DNA of 29,485 bases from Pseudomonadota bacterium (GCA_043767805.1 JAYUGC010000103.1:1-29485), one strand, 5' to 3'; numbered from the stretch's first letter, positions 16,790-26,552 are shown. Translations and numbers: made by a program. Notes: a model not told the origin generated them from the letters alone.

Positions 16790-16829
16790 AAGCCCGGTTC
16801 TCCGCAAGGGGGACCGGGCTTATTTTTTT
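16790..16829 (+). terminator. Rho-independent terminator
   Basis: AAGCCCGGTTCTCC-GCAA-GGGGGACCGGGCTT stem-loop followed by ATTTTTTT. Confidence 0.9.
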
Positions 16830-16905
16830 GACTGACTAAAGGACCGCTGATTGAACATTAAGATTCGCTCTTTTGGCGAGCCTGTACTCTCGTGGCCTCC
16901 CGCAG

Positions 16906-17187
16906 CTAATTGATTAGAGTACGGGATTTTCCATTTGAAGACTGATTCGCGCCTTGCAATTTCCCGCCCGAGCTCACGCCAAAGAAATTAGGCGCGGCAA
17001 TTACGGGAGTGAAAAGGGAGAAGCCGAATACTACGCCGAGGATGACTAGCCAGTCGACAGCGGTGGCTAGAAAACGAACGGCAAAACCCGGGTGAGCCTC
17101 GGGCAGCCGAAGGAAGGTCTGATTCTCGGAACTAGGTGAGGACGAACGGTATTCTGCTGGTCTTCGCGCTGCCGTCTTTGCTTCCAT
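16906..17187 (-). pseudogene. Truncated RDD-family membrane protein
   Basis: HPGFAVRFLATAVDWLVI is the RDD N-terminal motif. The ORF ends after one transmembrane segment, without the GK...G and HD motifs. Confidence 0.55.
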
Positions 17188-17250
17188 GCCTTAAAAAATT
17201 GCAAGGCTAGGGCCAAAGCTTTGAGCGTGGACGCACGAGGGAAATGGCAA

Positions 17251-17285
17251 GGGCCGGGCCCGGAGCAAAGCCCCAGACCCGGCCC
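17251..17285 (-). terminator. 16-bp GC-rich RNA hairpin downstream of the S41 protease (terminator or stabiliser)
   Basis: GGGCCGGGUCUGGGGC-UUU-GCUCCGGGCCCGGCCC pairs fully only on the minus strand (3 G-U pairs). No long U tract. Confidence 0.6.
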
Positions 17286-17300
17286 CTAGTAACCTCGTGG

Positions 17301-19055
17301 TTATAAAACCCCGATGCCGGGGACCACGAGGTTGAAGTTGAAGAACGCCGGGTAAACGAACAGCCAGCTTTGCGCGTTTCCGATCTCAAATCCGCTGCTC
17401 GTCGCGAGCTTCGGAGAGCTGAGCACGCAGCTCAAAACGTCCTCAGCGACCAAGACCTGGTATTCAGGCAAGATCGCTTCGGTCTGCCCGTCTTGGAAAA
17501 GTGTCTCCGCCTGTCCGGACTTATCGAGGCAGGTTTCGATGGCGGCTACTTTCTTAGCGCGCGGCTGCTGCCAGGGCGTACCGACGGGGGCCAAAGCCAT
17601 GTACTCGTCTTCCTCGCGGTAGGCGACTTTCTCGTCTTCCGTCGGATGCGGGCTTGCGTATGCCGTGAAATCCGGAAGGACGCCTTCGATTTGATTCGTC
17701 CGTCCCGAGGGAAGGTAGAAGCGAGCGATCGTCTGGCGCATCGCCAAGACCGGATTGACCGCGCCCTGAGTTTGCACGGTCGCCTTGCCGTAGCTGCGCT
17801 CACCGACGAGCCAAGAGCGGGCGTGATCCTGCAGGGCCCCCGATACGATTTCGGACGCGCTCGCCGAGCGGGAGTTGATGAGGGTTACCAGAGGAAGCGT
17901 CGTGAGAGGCATCTCCGTGGTTTCCAGAATCTTGTCAGGTTCCCCTTCGAGAGATTTGGTCACGACGACCGTTTTGCCCTTGGGCAAAAAGATATTGGCA
18001 ATGCACACCGCTTGAGTGAGCAGTCCGCCGCCGTTATCGCGCAAGTCGAAGATGAGGCCCTTCGCGCCTTGCTTTTCGAGATCTTCCACCGCTTCGGCGA
18101 CGTCTTTGCAGCCATCCGCTTGGATGAAGCCGGCGAGCTTTACGTAGCCGAGAGTGGTTCCGTCTTTCAGCGTGAGAACTTTTTCCGAAACGTTGAGCTG
18201 TTTGATGACGTCGCGAGTGACGACGAGCTGCAGGGATTTCCCGGCGCGCTCCACGGTGAGAGTAACGGTGGTGCCCTTCGGTCCCTTGATTTTTTCGACC
18301 GCTCCCGAGTAATCCTCGCCGCTCACGTTGACGCCGTCGATTTGCATGAGCACGTCGTGGGGACGAAGGCCCGCTCTCAAGGCGGGGCTTCCTTCCATCG
18401 GAGTTTCGAGCACGATGAGGTTCTTGCCGTTCCGCTTGGTGACTTTGAACCGGGCGCCGATGCCCGTGAAGTTATTGGACGTCGGGTTTTGTTCGTCCGT
18501 TACGTACGCGAGCGGCAACACCATGGTGTGCGGATCGTTGATGACACCGAGGTAGCTGTTAAAGACCGTGGCCGACAGAACGGCCTCGCGCTTAGTGAAA
18601 TCGGGAAGCCCTTTCACCCAGGCGAGGATTTTCGGAAAATCCACTTCGCCCGCGACCGCGCGGTTTTGATAAAGGCGTGTCCAGAACTGATGAACCGCGG
18701 TGCGCTCGTCCTTTTGCTGTTTGTAGGCGGCGGCCGGGCTTTCTCCCTTGGGAGGGGCGGGAACGACGGCCACGACCGGACCGAAATCCGCTTTCACGGC
18801 GCCGAAGCCGGGGTTCGCGGTTTGCGCGCGTTCCGCGGTAGTCAAAATCGCTCCATCGAGACCGGCGGCGGTGGAAAGGGCCATCATGCAAGCCAGAAAT
18901 GATCGCTCCGCTTGGTAGCACTCGGCCTTATCGAAGCTAGACTCCACAGCCGAAAACGGCATGTGAACGTCTTCCCAATACTCCCGCATGGATTTTTGGC
19001 CGGCTTGGGCGGTGGCGAGCGTGGCAAAACAGGTAAGTACGAGCAGTCGCTTCAT
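17301..19055 (-). CDS. S41 carboxy-terminal processing protease (CtpA/Prc-like) with PDZ domain
   Basis: Signal peptide, DPHT, FTGIG PDZ, DLRDNGGGLL, SASASEIVSGALQD, GERSYGKATVQ. Confidence 0.93.
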   Translation of the reverse strand: MKRLLVLTCFATLATAQAGQKSMREYWEDVHMPFSAVESSFDKAECYQAERSFLACMMALSTAAGLDGAILTTAERAQTANPGFGAVKADFGPVVAVVPAPPKGESPAAAYKQQKDERTAVHQFWTRLYQNRAVAGEVDFPKILAWVKGLPDFTKREAVLSATVFNSYLGVINDPHTMVLPLAYVTDEQNPTSNNFTGIGARFKVTKRNGKNLIVLETPMEGSPALRAGLRPHDVLMQIDGVNVSGEDYSGAVEKIKGPKGTTVTLTVERAGKSLQLVVTRDVIKQLNVSEKVLTLKDGTTLGYVKLAGFIQADGCKDVAEAVEDLEKQGAKGLIFDLRDNGGGLLTQAVCIANIFLPKGKTVVVTKSLEGEPDKILETTEMPLTTLPLVTLINSRSASASEIVSGALQDHARSWLVGERSYGKATVQTQGAVNPVLAMRQTIARFYLPSGRTNQIEGVLPDFTAYASPHPTEDEKVAYREEDEYMALAPVGTPWQQPRAKKVAAIETCLDKSGQAETLFQDGQTEAILPEYQVLVAEDVLSCVLSSPKLATSSGFEIGNAQSWLFVYPAFFNFNLVVPGIGVL

Positions 19056-19173
19056 GAATCCCCCCCGGGATGAAGTAGTGGTTTGTCACAAGGTGTCAGC
19101 TTGCAGCGCGCCTAGTCAAAAGCGCGTAACACGAAGTGTTAACTTTTCGCTTCACCTGGGGGAAGTTGGCTAA

Positions 19174-19401
19174 TTACTTATTGATATCGAGACTGAAGCA
19201 GGAGTTGCCGGAGGGGAGGTCGGGAGCGCGGCCACCCTTGGTGGAGCACTCGGGGCAGGCGATGGAAACCTGGAGTGCCATACCGGTCCAGAGGCAGTAA
19301 ATCGTCTGGTTGGTGTTCCTGATGACGACCGCCATGGTCACGGCGAGCATCACCACCATCAGGATGTACTCGATGATGGCTTGGCCGCGCCGGTTTCTCA
19401 T
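19174..19401 (-). CDS. Flp/TadE-like type IV pilin
   Basis: MRNRRG-QAIIEY class III signal followed by a hydrophobic helix; four Cys in the tail. Confidence 0.75.
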   Translation of the reverse strand: MRNRRGQAIIEYILMVVMLAVTMAVVIRNTNQTIYCLWTGMALQVSIACPECSTKGGRAPDLPSGNSCFSLDINK

Positions 19402-19437
19402 CCTTTCATTATAGCGGATCGCGCGGCGCGACTTAAG

Positions 19438-20109
19438 TCACCACAAGTTCGACGCTAAATTGAGCGCGAAATGACCGAGAACACAGGGCAAAACTCGTCC
19501 GGTCGCCCAGCGCAAATACCCAAGCCAAAGGCCCGTCAAAAGCGTGTACATCATTTGGAACGCGACGAAGCCCAAGGGCTCAATCACCGCATTTTGTAAG
19601 TGCCAGAAGGAAAAACCGAGAGCGGACGCCCAGACGGCGATGGGAAGGGGATTGGTCTCGGTGAGACGGACGTTGGGCACTAGCCGTTCGGCGATGGATT
19701 GCAGCCAGCCACGAAAGAGCCACTCCTCGCCCAGCGGAATGCAGATGAGAAACCACAAAAGCGCCTCTTTGCCGTCACTCGACCGAGCGAGCTCGAACAC
19801 GCTGGGCGTTCGGTGAAAAAATCCGAAAACGAAGGAAATCGCCATGGGGACGGGGATGGTCCACAGCGCTTTTTCCACCGAGAGCCAGGGCTTGTCGGCG
19901 GAAGGCGGCCGCGGCGTCGTCAGAAAGAAAAAGGCCGCGAGGCCCGGGAAAGCGACGGCGCTGACCCATTTGCCCGGGAAATAGGCCCCCACGGCGTCCG
20001 CCAGGCTCCTCGTCGTGGGCAAAAATCCACCCGCGAGCACTAGACCACAAGCGACGGAGGCCGCTATGGTTCCCCAACGGAGCCGGCGTGAGGCGATTCG
20101 GAAGGACAT
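19438..20109 (-). CDS. CPBP (CAAX protease/Abi) intramembrane glutamic endopeptidase
   Basis: EEWLFRG, FSFWH and GHFALN motifs. Start taken as ATG 20109. Confidence 0.88.
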   Translation of the reverse strand: MSFRIASRRLRWGTIAASVACGLVLAGGFLPTTRSLADAVGAYFPGKWVSAVAFPGLAAFFFLTTPRPPSADKPWLSVEKALWTIPVPMAISFVFGFFHRTPSVFELARSSDGKEALLWFLICIPLGEEWLFRGWLQSIAERLVPNVRLTETNPLPIAVWASALGFSFWHLQNAVIEPLGFVAFQMMYTLLTGLWLGYLRWATGRVLPCVLGHFALNLASNLW

Positions 20110-20170
20110 TGGGGAAGCCTCATGCAAAAACGGTTTCCAGGCAACCGAACGCTTAGTATTTTGTGGGCAC

Positions 20171-21163
20171 ATGACACTTCCTTTTGAAACTCCCGGCCGC
20201 ATCCTAGTGCGTGCCCCCAATTGGCTTGGGGACCACATCATGGCGGGGACGTTCTATAGAGCCCTCAGGGCTCGCTATCCCGAGTCGCATCTGGCGCTAC
20301 TTTGCCGGGAGAACGCGGCGGGCGTCGATTACCGCTCTATTTTTTCCGAAGTCCGCGTGCACACCCGTCAGGAGACCACCCTCAGCCGAAAAGTCATCGG
20401 GACCGCGGCCTCTTTGCGCCAGGGCAATTACGATCTCGCGATTTCCTTGCCGGCGTCCTTATCGTCGGCGGTTTTGCTCGCTCTCTCCGGCATTCCCAAC
20501 CGGGTGGGGTTTGCGGAAGGGGCGGCCGAAGGATTTCTGACCCACTCCGTGCCGTGGCCGGATCGCCACGCCGAGCTTCACAAGTCTCAAGTTTATTTCT
20601 CGCTCCTCGACGTATTCGGCGCGCGGCCCTCGGTGCCGCCTCCGGTGCCTCAGGCCGCGGGGAAAAGAGAGAATCTCATCGTCATTGCGCCGGGTGCCGC
20701 CAACCCCTTGCGCGAGTGGCCTCGTTACCAGGAGCTGATCTTGGAGCTGCGCCGCCGCTATTGGGCTTTTAAGATTGTGGTCGTCGGATCCTCGGGCGAA
20801 GCGAAGTGGCACGGCATCTTGCAGCGGCTCGGCAATCCGGGCGTCGTCGATTGGGTGGAAAAGACCGATCTGCCGGAGCTCGTCGCGCTTTGCCGTAGGG
20901 CTAAAGTCGTCGTCGCCAATGATTCGGGCGCGGCCCACGTCGCGGCGACTCTCGCCGGGGTGCCGACGGTCGTGATTTTCGGTCCGGGCGATCCGCGCTA
21001 CATCAAGCCGGTTGGGCCCGCCGAAGTGGTGCGCCGTACGGATTTGGCGTGCTCACCTTGCGAAAGCGCGCAGTGCAAGGCGCCCTATGGGTATCAAGTT
21101 TGCCTGAAAGACCTACCGCTCGAGCCCGTCTTGGAGAGTGTGGCGAATCTCCTTTCGCTTTGA
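20171..21163 (+). CDS. waaF: ADP-heptose:LPS heptosyltransferase II (GT9)
   Basis: ILVRAPNWLGD, IAPGAA, ANDSGAAH, IFGP, CSPC. Start at ATG 20171. Confidence 0.85.
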   Translation: MTLPFETPGRILVRAPNWLGDHIMAGTFYRALRARYPESHLALLCRENAAGVDYRSIFSEVRVHTRQETTLSRKVIGTAASLRQGNYDLAISLPASLSSAVLLALSGIPNRVGFAEGAAEGFLTHSVPWPDRHAELHKSQVYFSLLDVFGARPSVPPPVPQAAGKRENLIVIAPGAANPLREWPRYQELILELRRRYWAFKIVVVGSSGEAKWHGILQRLGNPGVVDWVEKTDLPELVALCRRAKVVVANDSGAAHVAATLAGVPTVVIFGPGDPRYIKPVGPAEVVRRTDLACSPCESAQCKAPYGYQVCLKDLPLEPVLESVANLLSL

Positions 21164-21195
21164 CTGGGGCGCCTGCGGGAAGGCATGATTTCGCC

Positions 21196-21888
21196 ATGAA
21201 AATTCTATTTCTGGCGATTCTCACTTTGGGTCTTTCTGGGTTTGTAAGAGCCGACGAAACGGCGGCGAAAGCCCCGGAAGCCGAGGCGAAGGCGCCGGCC
21301 TCCGACGCCACGGCCGCGGCTGCCCCCGCCGGTGGCAGCAAAGTCTTCACGGGCGAGGCCGCGAAGCTGAAAGACACCATGGTCGATCTCTTCGAAAAAT
21401 CGAAGAAGGTCGGCTCGACGGACGCGACCGAAAAGAAGAAGGGTCAAACCAGAGTCGAGAAAGCGCTCGATTGGGACCGCATCGCGAAAGATTGTTTGGG
21501 CTCCAAGCGATGGTCGGGGCAGAGCGCTGGCAACCGCAAGGCCTTCCGCGATCTCCTGCAGGACGTCGTCGTCCGCACGGCGTTTAGCCGGCTCGATAAA
21601 TTCTGGAAGGACGTCAAGCAGTATGACGTGGAAAAAGTCGACGTGAAGGGCTCAGGCGCTCATGTCGCCACCAAGTTTCTCGTCGGTAAAGAGGATTTTC
21701 TCCTCGAGTACTTCATGAACAAGACGGGAGGCCAGTGGCTCATCTACGACATCTCGTACGAAGACTTGAAGTACAGCGAGAACATCAGCGAGCAGATCAA
21801 CGCTTTCATGAAGGACAATAACTTCAACACGCTCCTCGATAAGCTCAGAAAGCGCCGGGACGAGCTCAAAGAAGACAAAAAAGCTTAA
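21196..21888 (+). CDS. mlaC: MlaC/Ttg2D-family phospholipid-binding periplasmic protein
   Basis: Signal peptide; LDWDRIAKDCLG..W and WLIYDI...LLDKLRK. TTGACT-N18-CATGAT lies directly upstream. Confidence 0.8.
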   Translation: MKILFLAILTLGLSGFVRADETAAKAPEAEAKAPASDATAAAAPAGGSKVFTGEAAKLKDTMVDLFEKSKKVGSTDATEKKKGQTRVEKALDWDRIAKDCLGSKRWSGQSAGNRKAFRDLLQDVVVRTAFSRLDKFWKDVKQYDVEKVDVKGSGAHVATKFLVGKEDFLLEYFMNKTGGQWLIYDISYEDLKYSENISEQINAFMKDNNFNTLLDKLRKRRDELKEDKKA

Positions 21889-21919
21889 AGAATTTAAACG
21901 TATCAATCAGGAGATTCTA

Positions 21920-22465
21920 ATGAAGATGAACATCGTCAGTTCGCTCGTTGTGAGCGTGTCCCTCATCGGCTGTGCTGGCTCGAAAGTGACCAGCCACACC
22001 GTAACGAAGACCGAGACCACGTACTCGTCGGCGGCGGGCACGCCTTTTCAGTTCAACATGCCCGCGGGCGCCCAGAGCACCACGCAGAGGGCTCCCGTTG
22101 TGAAAGATCCGGTCGTTGCGGTCGCTCGTCCGGTCAATCCCGGTCAGCTCGCTAAAGACGTTCCCATGGATTTCGAGCCGATCCGGTTCGAGACTTCGAA
22201 GTCGAATCTCGATAAGGCGAGCGCGCGCTCGGTTGCTTCTCTCGCGGCTTACCTGAAGGCGCACCCCAAGGCCAAGGTCACCATCGAAGGCCATACGGAT
22301 GCCCCGGGAACGCTTGCGGTGAATAAGACTCTCGGCGCCCAGCGCGCCAATGTGGTCCGACAGTCGCTTCTGAAGCACGGCGTGCCCGCACGGCGCATCG
22401 CCACCTTGAACCGCGGCGGCGACGCCACGGAACGCAAGGCGACGGCGACCATCGCCATCGACTAG
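21920..22465 (+). CDS. OmpA-family peptidoglycan-binding lipoprotein
   Basis: LIGC lipobox; IRFET, IEGHTD, NKTLGAQRA; AGGAG Shine-Dalgarno. Confidence 0.9.
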   Translation: MKMNIVSSLVVSVSLIGCAGSKVTSHTVTKTETTYSSAAGTPFQFNMPAGAQSTTQRAPVVKDPVVAVARPVNPGQLAKDVPMDFEPIRFETSKSNLDKASARSVASLAAYLKAHPKAKVTIEGHTDAPGTLAVNKTLGAQRANVVRQSLLKHGVPARRIATLNRGGDATERKATATIAID

Positions 22466-22477
22466 TTCTTTAAAAAG

Positions 22478-22514
22478 AAAAAGGCCGCCAGGAGAGATCC
22501 TGGCGGCCTTTTTT
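22478..22514. terminator. Bidirectional Rho-independent terminator
   Basis: AAAAAGGCCGCCAGGA-GAGA-TCCTGGCGGCCTTTTTT between convergent genes. Confidence 0.92.
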
Positions 22515-22521
22515 ACTTCTG

Positions 22522-22872
22522 CTAGCGCTGGGCGCTGACTTCGTACGAGCGAAGCGTGCCTTGTCCGTCGAAAACCGCGACGACTTCGTCGAAGAGCTCG
22601 AGGTTCTTCTTGTCGCGGCCTTCCTCGCCAATCCATTTCATGCCGAGCTTCTTGTAGAAACGGCAGGTCTCGCCGTTCGGCTCTTTCACGCGGCACCAGT
22701 TGGCCGATCCGAAGTACTCCACGAAATCCGTCTTCGTAGCGGAGCCGACCTGGTCCTTATATTTTTTCTCGAGCTTGGCGCGCGCCTCGCTGGAGGTGAG
22801 GCCGTCGCCCGCTTGTTTGTGCGAGCAGGCGGAAAGTCCAAGGAGCAGTAAGATTGTGAGAGCTTGTTTCAT
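22522..22872 (-). CDS. Hypothetical lipoprotein
   Basis: LSAC lipobox; AAAGGA Shine-Dalgarno; directly downstream of pepP. Confidence 0.8.
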   Translation of the reverse strand: MKQALTILLLLGLSACSHKQAGDGLTSSEARAKLEKKYKDQVGSATKTDFVEYFGSANWCRVKEPNGETCRFYKKLGMKWIGEEGRDKKNLELFDEVVAVFDGQGTLRSYEVSAQR

Positions 22873-22892
22873 GGGGGTTTCCTTTCTGTGGC

Positions 22893-24221
22893 TTAACGGC
22901 TGCAGAGCGACTCGACTTCCTCGATCTCCTTCGGAGCCTTGACCGTCAGTACCTTGCAGCCGTTTGCGGTAATCAAGATGTCGTCCTCGATGCGGACGCC
23001 GATGCCCTTGTAACGGGTGGGGCCCGGAGAGTCGGGACTGAAATAGAGGCCGGGCTCGATGGTGAGCACGTGGCCCGGCTCGAACTTTCGGTAATTCTTG
23101 TAGTTCTCGACGTAATACGTGCCGATGTCGTGCACGTCCATGCCGAGCCAGTGTCCGGTGCCATGCGGGTAAAAGGGCGTATACGCTTTCGTTTCGATGA
23201 GCCGTTTGGCCGGGCCTTTCAAAACCTTGAGCCGTTTCAATTCCTCGACGAGCACTTCCACCGTGGTCTGATGGACGGCCTGCATGGTTTTGCCGGGACG
23301 AGCGTGGCGGATGCCTTCCTTTTGCGCGGTGAGTACGGCTTCGTACACTTCCTTTTGGGGCTCGGTGAAAGAGCCGCCGACCGGCGATACGCGCGTGATG
23401 TCCGCCGTGTAGTAGTCGAACTCGGCGCCTGCGTCGATGAGCAGTAAATCGCGGCCGCTCATGCGCCGGTCGTTTTGAATGTAGTGAAGCACGCAGGCAT
23501 TCGGGCCCGAGGCTACGATGGACGAATAGCCAGGCCGGCCCGCTCCGTGCACGCGAAACGCGTGGTGAAGAATCGCTTCGAGCTCGTACTCAAACATGTG
23601 CGGCTTCGCCATGCGCATGGCATTCACGTGGCCTTCCGCCGTGATGTCGGCGGCGATTTGCAAACGCTGTTGCTCCGCGGCCGTCTTCACCAGACGCATT
23701 TCGCCTAAGATGCTTTCCGGATCGACGATGGGCCAAAGCGAGCGTCCCGTGCGGCCGAGACGGCGGCAGGCGGTGGCGAGCAGGCGGAAGATCCGCTGAT
23801 CCATTTCGGGCTGTACGCCGACGCGGTAATAAAGTGTGTCGGCTTCTTTCAAAGCCTCGATGAGCGAGGCGTCGAAAAAATTATTCGGATCGGAAGGGAA
23901 GGCGGCATCGGCGCCGAGACGCGCTTTCGCGCCATCGGGCCCGAGGATCTTTCCTTCCCAAAGCTCTTTGGTTTTATTTCTCGGCTCCACGAACATCTGG
24001 AAAGGTGTTTTGCTTTCCGGTGAGAGCACGCAAAAGGCTTTCGGCTCCTCGAATCCCGTTAGGTAGAAGAAGCTAGAGTCCTGACGATAGGGATGGTGGA
24101 CGTCGTTATTTCTGATCGGGTTCGGCGCGGAAGGAAAAACGGCCACTCCGCCCTTGATTTTTTTAAGAAACGAACGCCGGCGGGACGCGAAATCGATCGT
24201 CTGCATCTCAGTGGGCCACAT
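22893..24221 (-). CDS. pepP: Xaa-Pro aminopeptidase (aminopeptidase P)
   Basis: YRQDSSFFYLTGF, IDAGAE, YTADITR, HGTGHWLGMDVHD, TIEPGLY, GVRIEDD. Confidence 0.95.
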   Translation of the reverse strand: MWPTEMQTIDFASRRRSFLKKIKGGVAVFPSAPNPIRNNDVHHPYRQDSSFFYLTGFEEPKAFCVLSPESKTPFQMFVEPRNKTKELWEGKILGPDGAKARLGADAAFPSDPNNFFDASLIEALKEADTLYYRVGVQPEMDQRIFRLLATACRRLGRTGRSLWPIVDPESILGEMRLVKTAAEQQRLQIAADITAEGHVNAMRMAKPHMFEYELEAILHHAFRVHGAGRPGYSSIVASGPNACVLHYIQNDRRMSGRDLLLIDAGAEFDYYTADITRVSPVGGSFTEPQKEVYEAVLTAQKEGIRHARPGKTMQAVHQTTVEVLVEELKRLKVLKGPAKRLIETKAYTPFYPHGTGHWLGMDVHDIGTYYVENYKNYRKFEPGHVLTIEPGLYFSPDSPGPTRYKGIGVRIEDDILITANGCKVLTVKAPKEIEEVESLCSR

Positions 24222-24265
24222 GGAGGTTAATCCTAAAGGTGGGGGGTGGCGAATTCAACCATGGC

Positions 24266-24589
24266 TCAGGGATTGATTTCGAGGGTGAGCGACCGGACCC
24301 CCAGCGCCTTCGCGTCCGGCCAAAGGGCTCGGCTGACTCGTTCAAAGAGCGCGATGGAGTCCAGGTCACGCCCGGCGCCGCAGTAGTAGCCGATTTCTAT
24401 CTCCGCGACTTTGCCCGTGGGAAGGATTTCGACCCGGTAAGGCAGAGAGCTCATCATTTCGAACCTGGCTTTGATGGCGGACGCTTTGGACGCGTCCGCT
24501 CGGACGACGGTCGGAACCTCGGGGCAACGAGGCTCGGGCGGCGAGCCAAGAGCGGCCACTGTAAGGACGAGTAAAGTGAGCCAGCGCAT
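24266..24589 (-). CDS. Small secreted hypothetical protein
   Basis: Signal-like N-terminus; AAGGGAG Shine-Dalgarno. Confidence 0.6.
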   Translation of the reverse strand: MRWLTLLVLTVAALGSPPEPRCPEVPTVVRADASKASAIKARFEMMSSLPYRVEILPTGKVAEIEIGYYCGAGRDLDSIALFERVSRALWPDAKALGVRSLTLEINP

Positions 24590-24684
24590 GTGAAGTGTCT
24601 CCCTTAATCAGACGGATCTTACTTCAGATTAGTGATAGCGCATCGCGGCAAGGCGTCGCTCGGAGAGCCAAGTAGCCTTTTCCC

Positions 24685-25284
24685 ATGGTTCGTCTCTACG
24701 AGTTTCTCCTTTCGGGCAATTGTTACAAAGTTCGCCTTCTGCTTGCCCTTTTGGGAGTGCACTACGAACGTGTCTCAGTGGACTTAAAAGGTGGAGAGAC
24801 GAGGCGGTCCGAGTTCCTCGCGCGCTTTCCCTTGGGAAGAGTCCCTGCCGCGGAGCTCGACGACGGAACGATTCTCGCCGAGTCGAACGCGCTGCTTTGC
24901 TACTTCGCGGAAGGCACGCCTTATCTGCCGTCCGATCGATTGCGGCGGGCGAAAGTAATGCAGTGGCTCTTCTGGGAACAATACGGACATGAGCCCTACA
25001 TCGCGGTTTTGCGCGCGTGGAAGAAATTTTTCGGGGTGCCTAAGGGGCGCGAGGGAGAAATTCCCGTTCTCGAATCCAAAGGTAAAATCGCGCTGGCGAC
25101 CATGGACAAGTGGCTGAAGACTCGGCCGTTTCTGGAAGGCGACTATTCCATCGCCGACATCTCGCTCTACGCCTACACGCACATGGCCGATCAAGGTGGC
25201 TTCGACTTATCGAGCTACTTTGCGATTGGCAAATGGCTGGAACGTGTGCGCGAGCAAAAAGGGCACATTCCGCTGATGGCTTAG
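24685..25284 (+). CDS. Glutathione S-transferase
   Basis: SGNCYKVRL, PLGRVP, LAESNA, YSIADISLY. Confidence 0.93.
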   Translation: MVRLYEFLLSGNCYKVRLLLALLGVHYERVSVDLKGGETRRSEFLARFPLGRVPAAELDDGTILAESNALLCYFAEGTPYLPSDRLRRAKVMQWLFWEQYGHEPYIAVLRAWKKFFGVPKGREGEIPVLESKGKIALATMDKWLKTRPFLEGDYSIADISLYAYTHMADQGGFDLSSYFAIGKWLERVREQKGHIPLMA

Positions 25285-26543
25285 AGCGCCTTTTCGGCGA
25301 GCTTCAAAGCCTTTTGCATGTAGTCGAGCCAGATCCACTGATTGACCGCTTTCGCGTCGTCATTCCACGCGAAGGACAGACAACCCCATTTTCCCGCCTG
25401 GCCTTGCAGGAGATAGGTGAGGGTTAAGACGCCGGGCTCGGAGCCGCCTTTGAAGCCGGCGTACTTGAATTCCCCCTTTTGCACGAGCGGTTGGTTGACC
25501 GAGAGAACGGCTTCGATTTCCGCGCTCTTGCGGTCGTGCAGCTTTTCCATGGCGCTGCATTGACCGTCGGTGGAACCAAACCACTCCAAGTCCCGAATGC
25601 GATTGGGAGTGGTGAAGGACGCGCCGTTCGTTCCGATGTTTGCGATCGGAAGGGTCGCAATCGTCGTAGCGAGTAACTGACGGCGATCGGCTTCGGAAGC
25701 GGCCACGAAACTATCGGTGACCGCGGGCGCGGCTCCCCATTTCAGTTTGAAGAGCTCTAGGGTCGTCAGAAACGGTTTGTTCAGCGCGGGAAAAGGATTG
25801 GCTAGCGAAGTGAGCTCCGCTTCGACCTTCTCTCGGCCGAGACGGCGGATGAGATGATCGGTCGCGGTATTGTCGCTAATCGAAATCATTTGCGTCGCAT
25901 ACTGTTGGAGCGTGAGCTCGGTGCCCGCTTTGAGGGTATGCATCGTGCCGGAGGGAAGCGACTTCCATTCGTCTTTGACGGCGAGCTTCTCGTCCCACTT
26001 AGCGGTTCCGGCCTTCACCGCGGAATCGAGCGCCGCGAGCACGTAGAGCTTGAAGCCTGAGCCAAGGGGCTGGCGATCGGAGCCTTTCGCTGATTCCAGG
26101 GCGCCTCCAAAAACGGAGAGTGTCGAGGAAGTTTGCCCGCGGAGTGAACCGAGATAAGTGCGAGCGTCGTCGAAATTGGTGAGAGGGGCGTTGCGCTCGA
26201 ACTCGGTGAAGCGCAGGGAAACGATTTTTCCCTGGCCGTCCAGAGCGAACTGACTGCGGGCGCGGTGGCCGGCGGCGGAAATCAAATCGTAACTCGCGGC
26301 GGTTTCCGTTTCAGTGACGACTTTATTTTGCGTACAGTCGCCCGCGGCTTCCCGCAAGTCGGCGGCGAGCTGCCGAAAGTCCGCTTCGGCAATCGCGGCC
26401 ATAAAGGACGGCGCGAAATGATCGGCGTACCCATAAGTCTTCGCGCCGAGAACCGAGTCGCAAAGAAACTCGGCGCTCGTGGAATGCGTGGAACCAAAGC
26501 CCGTGAGGGCCCAACCCATGACTAGGACAGCAAGTGTTTTCAC
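25281..26543 (-). CDS. Secreted serine hydrolase (class A beta-lactamase/PBP-like fold) with N-terminal extension
   Basis: SxxK (GSGFK), SDN (ISDNTATD) and KGG (FKGGSEPG) motifs; signal peptide. Confidence 0.85.
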   Translation of the reverse strand: MKTLAVLVMGWALTGFGSTHSTSAEFLCDSVLGAKTYGYADHFAPSFMAAIAEADFRQLAADLREAAGDCTQNKVVTETETAASYDLISAAGHRARSQFALDGQGKIVSLRFTEFERNAPLTNFDDARTYLGSLRGQTSSTLSVFGGALESAKGSDRQPLGSGFKLYVLAALDSAVKAGTAKWDEKLAVKDEWKSLPSGTMHTLKAGTELTLQQYATQMISISDNTATDHLIRRLGREKVEAELTSLANPFPALNKPFLTTLELFKLKWGAAPAVTDSFVAASEADRRQLLATTIATLPIANIGTNGASFTTPNRIRDLEWFGSTDGQCSAMEKLHDRKSAEIEAVLSVNQPLVQKGEFKYAGFKGGSEPGVLTLTYLLQGQAGKWGCLSFAWNDDAKAVNQWIWLDYMQKALKLAEKAL

Positions 26544-26552
26544 TCGGCCAAA

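Noticed and set aside
17370..18902. 510-aa plus-strand ORF
   Set aside because: Antisense shadow of the S41 protease; no motifs. The same applies to the other long antisense ORFs (e.g. 5750-6670, 15795-16592, 27095-27853).
25281..26543. Class A beta-lactamase resistance gene
   Set aside because: It has KGG rather than KTG and no recognisable omega-loop ExxLN. It fits the broader serine hydrolase/PBP-like group, so resistance cannot be claimed.
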